DNA of 32,228 bases, from positions 1 through 32,228 of IMG/VR virus record IMGVR_UViG_3300043173_000265; one strand, given 5' to 3'. This document shows positions 1 to 9,662 of this stretch, one piece after another. The notes under the pieces are model-generated. The model was not told where the DNA came from and did not search any database. It was given only the letters and a program-made list of their open reading frames with translations. Every line of letters begins with the position of its first letter. Position 1 is the stretch's first letter. A program made the position numbers and the translations under genes. This DNA is from a virus (Duplodnaviria; Caudoviricetes).

Positions 1-2
1 CG

Positions 3-536
3 GGCGACGGAAAAAGCGCACAGGTCGATTCTAAAAAAAGACTACGGACGCTTGCGGCAACTGAAACCCTCGCATTGCATGTTAATCAGGAATCCGGCAA
101 AGTCTGGGGCGCGCATTTCGATAGTATTGATCCGACCGGCGTGGCGGATTACATCTTTTATTTCAAAAACACCGGTAATTTCGATTTGCATATTACCGAC
201 TTTCGGCTGTCCCAGACAGGCAGCACAAACTCTGAATATATCCTTCAGGCGGTGTCCGGGACGCCCGTGAACGGTACGACGATTGTGCCGGTTTCTCATA
301 CGGTCGGCTCAACTTCCGCACCAACGGCAACTATCGAGCAAGGCGTTGATATCACCGGGCTGACCCCGGACGGGAATCTTTATTACATTGACGCACCCGT
401 ACCAAATACCAATTATCATTTGTTGATTGCGAGTCACGTTATTATTCCGAAGGGTAAGGCGGTTGCGCTATTGGCCAATGATGCCAGCGCAGTCACCACC
501 TGTGTTGTTTCGTTCCTTGAGGCCGAAGAGTCGTAA
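3..536 (+). CDS. Putative virion structural protein, 5'-truncated
   Basis: Frame is open from position 3 (GDGKSAQVDSKKRLRT...), upstream of the track start at 75. Beta-rich composition; TAATG coupling to the next gene. Confidence 0.6.
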   Translation, partial: GDGKSAQVDSKKRLRTLAATETLALHVNQESGKVWGAHFDSIDPTGVADYIFYFKNTGNFDLHITDFRLSQTGSTNSEYILQAVSGTPVNGTTIVPVSHTVGSTSAPTATIEQGVDITGLTPDGNLYYIDAPVPNTNYHLLIASHVIIPKGKAVALLANDASAVTTCVVSFLEAEES

Positions 537-1633
537 TGGCTCTGGAAGTCAAGATTGGTGATGGTGAGGGGGATGGGGTACACGCCCACGTCCATCCGTT
601 TATCGGGCTACAGCATAAACATAACGGCCTGTTGACGCTTCAAGAGCGGTTTTTGCAGTTCAATCCCGAAGTCCGCCCATTTGTAAATCCTACGTTCGGC
701 ACGGCTCTGAATCAAGATGTAGCGTTTAGCGGTACGCCGGAAATTATTCATAACGGTGGAACTTCGGTCGAATGGGACGCATTGCCGGTCCAGGGCACTT
801 GGAACTTTGCGGATTCCGGTAAGATTTCCCTCACTGGTGCCAATAACGGCGATGCTGCGATGTTTTCCGAGGAAAACCCAGCGACGATTGATATGTCTGG
901 TTATACGGCATTGACCGGTAAAATTAATCTGACGATTTACGACGCTGCCGTCAACGCGCTCGTTCTTGAGTTCGATTTGGCCGATGTGGTTGTTGGTAAT
1001 AGCGTTGCTTTGAATGACTACATCAATACAGGTCTAGTCGGAACAGAACAGAGTTTTGTTATTCCAAAGGCAGATCTGGGGCTTGCTTCTCAAAATATCG
1101 ACGGCTTCACTATCACTCTGTTGCGAACCGGCGGCATTAAGCCGACTATGACCTTCGACGACATTCAGCTTGAACAAACCGGCGAGCCTGCGGTCTTTAA
1201 GATGGAAGTAGGGGCGGGAACCAGATTTCACATCTCGGAACTTCGGCTTGGCATTGCCGACGCGTTAACGACCACTTATCCTGATGCTGAAGCCGTAAGG
1301 CCGACGCTGCCCGACCTGGCTTACGACCAGATTCTTGGCGTAGGCGCGCTATCGAATGGTATTGTTTTCCGTCGTGTCCAGGCCGGCAAGACGCTGTTCT
1401 CCGTGGTGTTGAAGCAGTTGAGCGATTTCCTTTCCATAGGGTCTGACCTTGTTACAACAATCAGTGATGGAACCAACACGTACATCACGCTGCTTGTGAC
1501 GTTCCCCGAACCGATTGTTCTGGTTGGCTCCGAGGCTGACGATTTTTTGTCATTCGCGATCAATGATGACTTGTCTGGCTTGCTGCTATTCAACGTATCG
1601 GCTCGCGGCGCGGTGGAGAGGGATATTAGCTGA
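536..1633 (+). CDS. Hypothetical virion structural protein (365 aa, beta-rich)
   Basis: Long ORF coupled on both sides in the structural module. Confidence 0.65.
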   Translation: MALEVKIGDGEGDGVHAHVHPFIGLQHKHNGLLTLQERFLQFNPEVRPFVNPTFGTALNQDVAFSGTPEIIHNGGTSVEWDALPVQGTWNFADSGKISLTGANNGDAAMFSEENPATIDMSGYTALTGKINLTIYDAAVNALVLEFDLADVVVGNSVALNDYINTGLVGTEQSFVIPKADLGLASQNIDGFTITLLRTGGIKPTMTFDDIQLEQTGEPAVFKMEVGAGTRFHISELRLGIADALTTTYPDAEAVRPTLPDLAYDQILGVGALSNGIVFRRVQAGKTLFSVVLKQLSDFLSIGSDLVTTISDGTNTYITLLVTFPEPIVLVGSEADDFLSFAINDDLSGLLLFNVSARGAVERDIS

Positions 1634-1881
1634 TGGCATTGTTCAAAGATTACGCGCCCGGCGACCACTATATGCGCGATGATAGAACTGGTAGAAAGTA
1701 TCTCGCGTCAGACATGCGTCAGGAATGGACCGGCAACTGGGTTCACAAGGATTTCTTCGAGGAACGCCATCCGCAGGACTTCCTACGCGGGCGCAAGGAT
1801 GACCAGACAGCCAAGCCGTCACGGCCCAGCGGGACAGATACGTTTCTGGAAGTCGGGGATGTTACGGTTGACGATCTATAA
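1633..1881 (+). CDS. Conserved small phage protein (W-x-G...E-x-RHPQDF type)
   Basis: Motif DRTGRKY...EWTGNWV...EERHPQDFLRG resembles small proteins found beside head-tail adaptor genes. Confidence 0.7.
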   Translation: MALFKDYAPGDHYMRDDRTGRKYLASDMRQEWTGNWVHKDFFEERHPQDFLRGRKDDQTAKPSRPSGTDTFLEVGDVTVDDL

Positions 1882-2130
1882 GTCTCGCTTATGGACAGCT
1901 TCTAGGTAGGCGAATGTACGAAGCCGTTCGGCGGGGGTCATTTCGCGAAATAATTCCATGAGAATGGACAGCCTGTCTAAATCTGGTTTTTTGCCCGTCG
2001 TGGCAAGATCAAAGGTTCTACTTGCGGGAACTTGACACGATAAGGGGTATGTCCCGGCCTGTTCCCATTCCTTATCACACGCGGGGCAAATACAAAGAAG
2101 CCGTGAATCTGCGTCAATTTTGATTTCCAT
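1876..2130 (-). CDS. Hypothetical protein with CxCxxC, antisense to late operon
   Basis: 84-aa ORF fills the gap between two + genes; GGTG upstream of the ATG. Confidence 0.45.
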   Translation of the reverse strand: MEIKIDADSRLLCICPACDKEWEQAGTYPLSCQVPASRTFDLATTGKKPDLDRLSILMELFREMTPAERLRTFAYLEAVHKRDL

Positions 2131-2158
2131 TCAAACACCATATCACAGGAGATAGCCC

Positions 2159-3124
2159 TTGGCCACGAGTTCCAGCACCGATTTCAGCGTGACCAGAGAC
2201 GATATATGCAACCGAGCAGTGCGCATCCTCGGCGGCTTGCAGTCGGGTGAGGCCATGCCCACGGCAGAACTGACCGAAGCGGCGAATTCCCTCAACGCCA
2301 TGGTTAAGCGTTGGCAGGCGTCCGACGATATTAAACTTTGGAAGACGGCAGATTGCATTCTGTACCTAACCAAAGACCAGTCCGTCTACGAGATAGGCGG
2401 CTCCACTGCTGCTGACAACGCTTCCTATGAACGGATTACCGATATTGGCGTGAAGACGGAAGTCGCCACCGCCCACGTCAGCGGCACCACGACTTTGGTT
2501 GTGGACAGCATTACGAACGTGGCCGCGAGTGACAAGGTTGGTCTAGTACAAGACGATGGCACAATCCACTGGACGACCGCTAACGGCGCCCCTAGTGGCT
2601 CCACAATCACCATGACTGACGTGAGTACGGACGATGCTGCCGTGGACAACCACGTCTACGCCTACACGACCGACCTCCCCCGCCCTCTCCGTATTATCGC
2701 CGCCCGCCGCCGCAACAAATCCGGCCAGGACATTCCAATCGAGATGTTCAGCAGGCGCGAATATCAAGACCTCCCCAACAAGACCGACGCCGGTTCCCCC
2801 ACCCAGATGTACTACAATCCCCAGCTTAATTTCGGCTATGTGTATCTCTGGCCCGCCCCAGATACGGTGAACGACCGGATTGTCTTTACCGCCTATCTTC
2901 CCATTCATGATTTTGACGCAGCCGGTGATACTCCTGATTTCCCCCAGGAATGGTACGACGCGCTGACGTTTGGTCTGGCGGCAAATCTTGCCCAGGAATA
3001 CGGAGTTACAGGCGGCGAGAAGATGGAAATCGTACAGCAGGCCAAGGCATATCTTGACGACGCCGTGGACTGGGATAACGAGATTACGCCGGTTTTCTTC
3101 ACGCCTGAGATTCGGAATTACTAA
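2159..3124 (+). CDS. Head-to-tail adaptor (P22 gp4-like position), with inserted beta domain
   Basis: AGGAGA RBS then TTG; N-terminal RDDICNRAVRILG...GE...AANSLNAMVKRW; C-terminal YYNPQ...YLWPAPD and DFPQEWYDALTFGLAANLAQEYG. Confidence 0.8.
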   Translation: MATSSSTDFSVTRDDICNRAVRILGGLQSGEAMPTAELTEAANSLNAMVKRWQASDDIKLWKTADCILYLTKDQSVYEIGGSTAADNASYERITDIGVKTEVATAHVSGTTTLVVDSITNVAASDKVGLVQDDGTIHWTTANGAPSGSTITMTDVSTDDAAVDNHVYAYTTDLPRPLRIIAARRRNKSGQDIPIEMFSRREYQDLPNKTDAGSPTQMYYNPQLNFGYVYLWPAPDTVNDRIVFTAYLPIHDFDAAGDTPDFPQEWYDALTFGLAANLAQEYGVTGGEKMEIVQQAKAYLDDAVDWDNEITPVFFTPEIRNY

Positions 3125-5760
3125 TGCCGGAAGCATACTTCGCCACCCGAACCTACCGGGCGCAATCCGATGATGTGGCGGACGAAAGACTCGTCAACGC
3201 TTACGTCGAACATGCCCCCGAGGGCGCGAAGTCGCAAACTCCGGTAATGGGCAGCCCCGGCATTACTGAGTTTGACGACGTGGGGGGTGGTCCTATTTGG
3301 GGCATCCATAACGCTCGCCTGGGTCTTGGTAATCTACTCTATGTGGTTTCCGGCACTACTTTGTATTCAGTGTCTTCAACAGCGGTGGCCACGTCTCTCG
3401 GCACCATTATGGGCGGCAGGCGCGTCCACATGTCCGACAACGGCGCCCAGCTTGTTATTGTCAATGGCCTGCATCATTACGTCTACGACCGCACCAACGG
3501 CCTGCTGAAGACCAAATTCGGCATGGGCATGGACGGTGACTTTGAAATCACCACCACCGGAGCGGCGGAAACCAGTACCAGCGTCACAATGACATTGACG
3601 GGCGGTCCCGCGAGCGCTGCAAATGTCAACGAGATTATCGTCAGCATCCAGGGCGATAGTCAGTCGCCAACCTTCTTTTCCGACCGCCCCGCAGACACGG
3701 AAACGATAAGCCAAGTCGCCACGGCACTCGCTGCAACCATAGATGCAGACGGCGACTTCAATGCGTCTGCATCAGCCGGTGTGATTACAATCACTCCGCA
3801 GGCTGTAACCAACCTCGAAGCGGCCACGGTAGTCGCGACCTCCTATCACCATCTCATTACCATCGGCGACAGCTTCGCGACGGACGACTATATCACCCTG
3901 ACGACCGAAACGGTCGGGAACAGCGACGAAACCTTTAGCCTGCTAATCACGTCGTCCCACACCGCCGCGTCAATAGCAGCGGCCCTCAATACCCTGATTG
4001 ACGCATCAAGTCTGCTGACTAGTACCGTTTCCGACAATATCATCACAATATTCGGCCAGACAGCCGGTACGCACCTCCTGACGGACATTTACAGCACACA
4101 GGACTGGGCGGTTATCTCAGGAACAGCCCCCTACAGCAAGCAGGTATGGGCGCTGGACGGCTATATGCTGTTCCCGGTTACGAATACTCCCAGCTTTATG
4201 ATTTCCGCTCTGAACGACGCCAGCAGGATTGACGTGCTGGACATCGCTTCGATTGGCGCTGCCGAGACAAATCTGATTGGTATGTGTGTCAATAAGCGCG
4301 AAATCTTTCTCTTGGGGGAGAATTTCACCGAGGTTTACAGGAATTCCGGTTCAGCGGGCTTTCCCTTCACCCGGTTGCCCGGTCCCCAGTTAGAGCATGG
4401 CTGTGCCGCCGTTCACACCATCGCCAAGGGTGAGGAAACCTGGGCATGGCTGGGCAACGACCGCCGCGTTTATGCGGCCAAGGGCTACAGTGCGCAGAGA
4501 ATATCCACTTTCGGCATTGAACATAAAATCGAGGGCTATACCAAGGTAGATGACGCCTTCGCATTTACCGCGACGTGGAAGGGTCATTTTCTCTATGTCC
4601 TCACCTTCCCGAGCGAAAACCAAACCTGGATTTACGACAGCACAACGAAAGAATGGCACGAGCGGGTAACTTCGTTCGGGGGTGACGCCATATACACCGT
4701 CCCCGATCTGGAAAACTTTGACGACCTATTCTGTGGTGCCGCCATAGGGCTGGTGTACGCAGATCGACCGAACGACCCTGGTGTCGTGGTTTCGGTGAAT
4801 ACCCCTGATGGGGATTCTGGCGGTCAGGGCGATGGTTTCCCCGCTGTGCTTTTAAGCCAGAATGGAAAACTCTGGCGCCGTCAAGCTGACGATAGAGGCG
4901 AAGATGGCTCATGGAACCGCGTGGCTTATTCCCGGTCCCAGGATAAATTAATTACCGTACACGAGCAAAACGACGCCGATGCCAAGTATTCCATGTCGAG
5001 CGTCAATGGTGGGATATCATGGGCCGATGACGTTCAGATTACCAAGCCTTCGCGCTGGGTTCTTTGGATTGAGCCGTGGGGTCTATGGCTGGCTGGCGCG
5101 GGCAATGTCGGTGACGAAAACGTTGGCAGAAGTCCCACAGGTACAACCGGCACATGGACGTTGACGAGCCTGGCCGGGACCAGCCTTGAAAACGTTGGCA
5201 ATAGTGGGCTGGGAGCGGCATATTCACCGTCTCTCGATCTCGCCATAATTGGTGATGGCTCCAATGGACTGATATGGACTACTGACGGGTCTACTTTTGC
5301 GGACGCAGACACTTTCCCAGCGACGACGGGGCGCTGGCGCTGGCCGATCTGGGTAGAAGATGATACCCTTTTCGTTGTCGCTGGATCTACGGCGGGCGCA
5401 AATAAGGATATTGCCACCAGTGCCAACGGCAAGGATTTCGTCAACAAAGACACGCCGTCAACGATTACCGATTTTCAGAGCGTGGCCTATTCTCCGACAC
5501 TTGCTCGTTACGTTGCCTTCGGTCAAAGTGGCGGCACGGTCGGCAAGGTGGCGGTCAGCAACAATAGTGCCGCCACCTGGGCCGACATAGGGGCGGACGA
5601 CGTGATTGATGCAACTCTATATCTGGAGGGTGTTATCTGGGTCGCGGAATTGGGGTTGTATGTCGGCGGCGGAAAAGACCTGAACACGGATGGCGTCATG
5701 ATTTATTCGGAAACTGGATTGGCCGGTAGCTGGGTTCGCGCCACGGCGGCGTACTCATGA
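3124..5760 (+). CDS. P22 gp10-like DNA stabilisation/tail hub protein, N-terminal part, with inserted domains and a C-terminal BNR-like propeller
   Basis: Motifs ERLVNAYVE, MSDNGAQLVIVNG, LDGYMLF, GCAAVHTIA, WLGND, QRIST, GHFLYVLTFP, TWIYD...WHER; then repeated S-x-(N/D)-G-x-x-W/F motifs. Confidence 0.8.
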   Translation: MPEAYFATRTYRAQSDDVADERLVNAYVEHAPEGAKSQTPVMGSPGITEFDDVGGGPIWGIHNARLGLGNLLYVVSGTTLYSVSSTAVATSLGTIMGGRRVHMSDNGAQLVIVNGLHHYVYDRTNGLLKTKFGMGMDGDFEITTTGAAETSTSVTMTLTGGPASAANVNEIIVSIQGDSQSPTFFSDRPADTETISQVATALAATIDADGDFNASASAGVITITPQAVTNLEAATVVATSYHHLITIGDSFATDDYITLTTETVGNSDETFSLLITSSHTAASIAAALNTLIDASSLLTSTVSDNIITIFGQTAGTHLLTDIYSTQDWAVISGTAPYSKQVWALDGYMLFPVTNTPSFMISALNDASRIDVLDIASIGAAETNLIGMCVNKREIFLLGENFTEVYRNSGSAGFPFTRLPGPQLEHGCAAVHTIAKGEETWAWLGNDRRVYAAKGYSAQRISTFGIEHKIEGYTKVDDAFAFTATWKGHFLYVLTFPSENQTWIYDSTTKEWHERVTSFGGDAIYTVPDLENFDDLFCGAAIGLVYADRPNDPGVVVSVNTPDGDSGGQGDGFPAVLLSQNGKLWRRQADDRGEDGSWNRVAYSRSQDKLITVHEQNDADAKYSMSSVNGGISWADDVQITKPSRWVLWIEPWGLWLAGAGNVGDENVGRSPTGTTGTWTLTSLAGTSLENVGNSGLGAAYSPSLDLAIIGDGSNGLIWTTDGSTFADADTFPATTGRWRWPIWVEDDTLFVVAGSTAGANKDIATSANGKDFVNKDTPSTITDFQSVAYSPTLARYVAFGQSGGTVGKVAVSNNSAATWADIGADDVIDATLYLEGVIWVAELGLYVGGGKDLNTDGVMIYSETGLAGSWVRATAAYS

Positions 5761-6242
5761 GCGAGATTCCTGAGGGTATATGGCGGGCCAACTGCTGCAC
5801 CACCGTTGCTGACGGCAAGAACGTGTCCGTCTTCAACGGCAAGTGGATGGTGGGCGATGCGTTCGGTTCCAAGATTGGCTATCTGGACGACACCTCCTGG
5901 CTGGAATTCGGCGGGCAAATGGGCTGGTGGGTACAGACCGGCATTGTCGATAAGGACCGCAAATGGATTTCCACGTCTAATCTGGAATTGGATATGGAAG
6001 CCGGGGTTGGGACCGCAATAGTCACCGCGCCCACGATTGGCATGGAACTTTCGAAAGATGCCGGCGCAACATGGTCAACGGAACAGGCCCGTAATCTGGG
6101 AGCACCCGGTGAGAAAGACACCCGGCAGCGTTGGAATAAATTGGGTGCGCGCAGACAGACGATATTCCGCTTCACCATTCTCGATAATGTGAAAAGAGTC
6201 GTCATGGCTATGCACGGTAAGTTCCTGGGACGCAGAAGCTAG
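5757..6242 (+). CDS. gp10-like tail hub protein, C-terminal part
   Basis: WRANC...FNGKWMVGD, LELDMEAGVG, SKDAGATWS, LGAPGE...RWNKLG are typical of the gp10-family C-terminus; ATGA overlap. Confidence 0.8.
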   Translation: MSEIPEGIWRANCCTTVADGKNVSVFNGKWMVGDAFGSKIGYLDDTSWLEFGGQMGWWVQTGIVDKDRKWISTSNLELDMEAGVGTAIVTAPTIGMELSKDAGATWSTEQARNLGAPGEKDTRQRWNKLGARRQTIFRFTILDNVKRVVMAMHGKFLGRRS

Positions 6243-6487
6243 TGACAAAAGCCGCTGAAATCAAACGCCTCCGAACTGCTTTGGAATTCTATGCCAATAA
6301 AGAAAATTGGTTTTCATCGTCAACCGGGTTTGCCGCGCAGTACGACCCGTCGCCGTCGCCATTGAAAAAAGATGACGGTGAAAGGGCGAGACGTGTCCTG
6401 GCGTATGAAATATGTTCAAACAGTGATGGTGGCGTAATGTGCGAAGCGTGTACTTGCTGGAAGCACACACGCGCGATGTCCTTGTAA
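6242..6487 (+). CDS. Small hypothetical protein (ALEFYA motif, Cys-rich tail)
   Basis: 81-aa ORF, GTG start overlapping the upstream stop, TAATG coupling downstream. Confidence 0.55.
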   Translation: MTKAAEIKRLRTALEFYANKENWFSSSTGFAAQYDPSPSPLKKDDGERARRVLAYEICSNSDGGVMCEACTCWKHTRAMSL

Positions 6488-7953
6488 TGGTTGACGCAGC
6501 CGACCCGCCCCGCCCAGAGGATTGGACGGAAGACGACGAATTATCCCAGCGGGCATACTATCATCTGCTGAATATGTGGGAGCGCACGGGCGGCAATAGA
6601 GATATTATTGCTACCAAGGGTGGTCATATATCCATTGCGGTCGGTACGGCTGATGTCGATATGTCGGCGGAAAAAGACGCCAATGGCCTGCCTGTTGAGC
6701 AGCGGTACTATTTCATAGAGTACACCGGCACTCCCGGTGCAGGCATAGACGTGGTGTTTTCGGATTTGGAAGCCACGTATTTCCTGTGGAACAATACCGA
6801 CCAGATCCTGACCATGAAGACCGACACCGACACCACGGGAGTAGCGTGGGCGATTGGTGAACTGAACATCATGGCCACGGAAACGACCTTCGAAGTCCGT
6901 AAGCTGATTACGATTGACGGGTCGCTAGGACGCACTGCTGCGGGGGTATACCAGAGGGCCGCACTCACAGGGGAGGCCGTCGCCGGGGCGGGTAGCAATG
7001 CCGTAACCTTGAATCCTGGCGCGGAAACTGTACCGGTTAGTGGAGATTTCTTTGTCTTTCAGGATACCGGCGACGGGAGCGCCCTGAAGAAAGTTGACTT
7101 CGACAACATGCCCGGCGGCGGTGGGTCAGGCGGTTCTGGCGGCGGGGGCAACACCCTAAACGTAAACATGACTGCCGTGGGCAACGTCACCACGGGCGAA
7201 GACACTCTAATCACCTATACCATGCCTGCTGACACGTTGGACACTGACGGCAACGGCATCCGAATAACCGCATGGGGCACCACGGCGAATAACGGTGACG
7301 CCAAGACGCTGAAGATGCACTTCGGCGGCACGGTTATCGGCACATATTCGCTGACGATTTCCCAGGCTGGTGTTTGGTTCATTGACGCACAGGTTTACAG
7401 GACCGGTTCAAACGCCCAGCAGACCGTGTGCAAGATGCACGAAATGGCCGGCGACAAGCACGACCTTGAGCAGGGCACGGCCACGGAGACAGACGGTTCC
7501 ACAATCGTCATCAAGGTGACGGGCGAGGGCACCAGTTCGAACGACATCGTGCAAGAAGGCATGGTTGTCGAAATGATGTCCAGTAGCGGGCTTCAGGCCG
7601 GCGCCGAGTTGAAAGATTACACCGAGACTCGTTCCACCCCGTCCAGCAGTTCCGGCACGCTCGACCTCGATTTTGACAACGGCAACGTATTCGTAGTCAC
7701 GTTGACGGAAAACGTCACCACCATGACCGTCAGCAACCCGGTGGCGAGCGGCACGGCCCAAAGTGGGACACTTATTCTGACGCAACACGCATCGTCACCA
7801 AAAACAGTTGTTTTCCCGACGAGTGCTGTGTGGAACGCCGGAACGGCAGCTACGGTCACGGCGACGAATAGTGCTGTGGACATTTTCACATACATCACGG
7901 TAGACGGCGGCACCACGACGTACTGGATGACCGGTGGTCAGGCGTTTGCATAA
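6487..7953 (+). CDS. Tail fibre/needle-position protein, mosaic
   Basis: True start is probably ATG 6487. Thr/Gly-rich with a GGGGSGGSGGGG linker; C-terminal LDFDNGNVFVVTL...LILTQ...VDIFTY...DGG domain typical of tail fibres. Confidence 0.7.
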   Translation: MVDAADPPRPEDWTEDDELSQRAYYHLLNMWERTGGNRDIIATKGGHISIAVGTADVDMSAEKDANGLPVEQRYYFIEYTGTPGAGIDVVFSDLEATYFLWNNTDQILTMKTDTDTTGVAWAIGELNIMATETTFEVRKLITIDGSLGRTAAGVYQRAALTGEAVAGAGSNAVTLNPGAETVPVSGDFFVFQDTGDGSALKKVDFDNMPGGGGSGGSGGGGNTLNVNMTAVGNVTTGEDTLITYTMPADTLDTDGNGIRITAWGTTANNGDAKTLKMHFGGTVIGTYSLTISQAGVWFIDAQVYRTGSNAQQTVCKMHEMAGDKHDLEQGTATETDGSTIVIKVTGEGTSSNDIVQEGMVVEMMSSSGLQAGAELKDYTETRSTPSSSSGTLDLDFDNGNVFVVTLTENVTTMTVSNPVASGTAQSGTLILTQHASSPKTVVFPTSAVWNAGTAATVTATNSAVDIFTYITVDGGTTTYWMTGGQAFA

Positions 7954-8549
7954 TGCCGACCGGGGCAGCGCAAGCCGCGATGTTCGGCGCCAGCAGTTTA
8001 TTGGGAGTAGTAGAAGACGATATGCCCTTAATCACTAGCGTTTCATTAACCGGAACGGCGCCGGGTGCGACCAGCCTTGACTTGACTGGCTATAGCGTAG
8101 TGGATGTTCACGCTGTTGGGGTATCGGTTAATACCGACGACAGCCGCGTCTATATGCGGATATCCGATGACAACGGCGTGAGTTACGCAAATTCTGATTA
8201 CTATTTCGACGCCAATGTTTTTGACTCGACGGGTGCCGCAGAACATTGGTTTGGTGCGCCTGGCGCAACCGGGCTGCCCCTGACGGACAATACCAATGGC
8301 TGGAAGATTGGTAATTCAACCAACGAAACCGGCGACTGGTCGGTGCGGCTTTATAATCCCGGCGGTGCTACTTGGAAAAAATGGAGTTCCAGGGGTGTGT
8401 TTGTGGATAATGCCGGCGTAATGATACGCCATGAAGGTGACGGATTACGTCAAATCACGGGAGATATTGACGCAATTTCGATGTACGTGGACGGTGTGGT
8501 GACATTTTCAAGCGGCACCATGTATATTTACGGCTTGGCGAACAGTTGA
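7953..8549 (+). CDS. Tail fibre-associated protein
   Basis: Coupled ORF ending in FSSGTMYIYG, a C-terminal motif common in fibre-tip proteins. Confidence 0.6.
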   Translation: MPTGAAQAAMFGASSLLGVVEDDMPLITSVSLTGTAPGATSLDLTGYSVVDVHAVGVSVNTDDSRVYMRISDDNGVSYANSDYYFDANVFDSTGAAEHWFGAPGATGLPLTDNTNGWKIGNSTNETGDWSVRLYNPGGATWKKWSSRGVFVDNAGVMIRHEGDGLRQITGDIDAISMYVDGVVTFSSGTMYIYGLANS

Positions 8550-8977
8550 TCCGGGACGCCACGGCGCAAGACATCCCCGCATGTCTGGAGATGGGCGCGA
8601 AGTTTCATGCAGCAGCCAACCTGCCGATAGCGTTTGACTATTCGTCTTTTCTAGCAACGCTGACGTACATCATCAAAGCAAATGGCCTACTGGTGTTGAC
8701 CGACGATACCGACGGCCCCGTTGGCATGATTGGTGTGGTTATTACACCTTCTTTTTACAACAGAAATATTCTAACGGCCATCGAAGCATTTTGGTGGGTT
8801 GAACCTGAATATCGAGGGCGGGGCGGAAAGATGATTGATGCATTGGAGGAACGAGCGCAACAAATTGGTGCTGTGTCGCTGGACTTTGCAAGTAAAAGCG
8901 CGTTCAAGTCGGTAGGGCGGCTTTATGAGCGCAAGGGATACAAATTGACGACTAATAATTACATAAAGGTATTTTGA
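8546..8977 (+). CDS. GNAT-family acetyltransferase
   Basis: IRDAT..DI, EAFWWVEPEYRGRGG, LYERKGY motifs; lies before the ejection genes. Confidence 0.85.
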   Translation: MIRDATAQDIPACLEMGAKFHAAANLPIAFDYSSFLATLTYIIKANGLLVLTDDTDGPVGMIGVVITPSFYNRNILTAIEAFWWVEPEYRGRGGKMIDALEERAQQIGAVSLDFASKSAFKSVGRLYERKGYKLTTNNYIKVF

Positions 8978-8978
8978 T

Positions 8979-9662
8979 ATGGGTTGCTTGGATTCAATTC
9001 TACCCATTGCAGGCGCTGCCGTTGGCGGCATGGTGGGGGGGCCAATGGGCGCCTCCATAGGCGGTTCCATAGGAGGTTCGCTTGCGGACGGAAGTAAGGT
9101 CGCTGGCGGCGTAGTCCAGGGCATGAGCGCGGACGCGGCTGCGGAAGGCTTGCAGCCCTATTCCCAGCTTGGCAAAAACGCTGCGGAATCGCTTCACCGG
9201 ACGTATTTCGGACAGGGCGCCAACAGTCTTTCTGATTTCTATAATTCCCCTGAATTTGAACTAAACCAGTTCGCGTTAGGCCAGGGCGCTAAAGACCTCG
9301 GCTACGGGTTGTCTGCCCAAGGCAGGACGCCTTTCGATGCTTCCGGCAACCTGACCAGCGGGTCGGGGATGCGTGCCTATCAGCAGGGCATGACGGGCAT
9401 GTACGGCGGGCTGTTCGACCGATGGCGGGGCGCGTTGAGCGGCTTTGCCGGGTCCGGTCAGAACGCGGCTGTGGGGCAGGGTGGCTTTGGTATGGACGCG
9501 GGGACGGCTTATGGTGACGCACTGGCCATGGGCGGAAGAACTCTGGGCGGCGCATTCGGCAATCAGACCTTGGGCGGTATGTTTGGCGGTGGAACGTCAG
9601 TTCAGGCTCCCACCCCTTATACAGTTGGTGCTGGAGGGTCTGCCTTTGGAGGGTTCACTTAA
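8979..9662 (+). CDS. Ejection/DNA transfer protein (P22 gp7-like position)
   Basis: Gly/Ala-rich; LQPYSQLG and SAQG...SGSGMRA motifs; synteny. Confidence 0.7.
   Translation: MGCLDSILPIAGAAVGGMVGGPMGASIGGSIGGSLADGSKVAGGVVQGMSADAAAEGLQPYSQLGKNAAESLHRTYFGQGANSLSDFYNSPEFELNQFALGQGAKDLGYGLSAQGRTPFDASGNLTSGSGMRAYQQGMTGMYGGLFDRWRGALSGFAGSGQNAAVGQGGFGMDAGTAYGDALAMGGRTLGGAFGNQTLGGMFGGGTSVQAPTPYTVGAGGSAFGGFT

Noticed and set aside
5740-5765. Programmed frameshift joining the two hub ORFs
   Set aside because: No X XXY YYZ slippery site is seen; the ATGA overlap is explained by translational coupling.
6439-6486. Track start of the tail fibre ORF at 6439
   Set aside because: It overlaps the upstream gene; TAATG coupling points to 6487.
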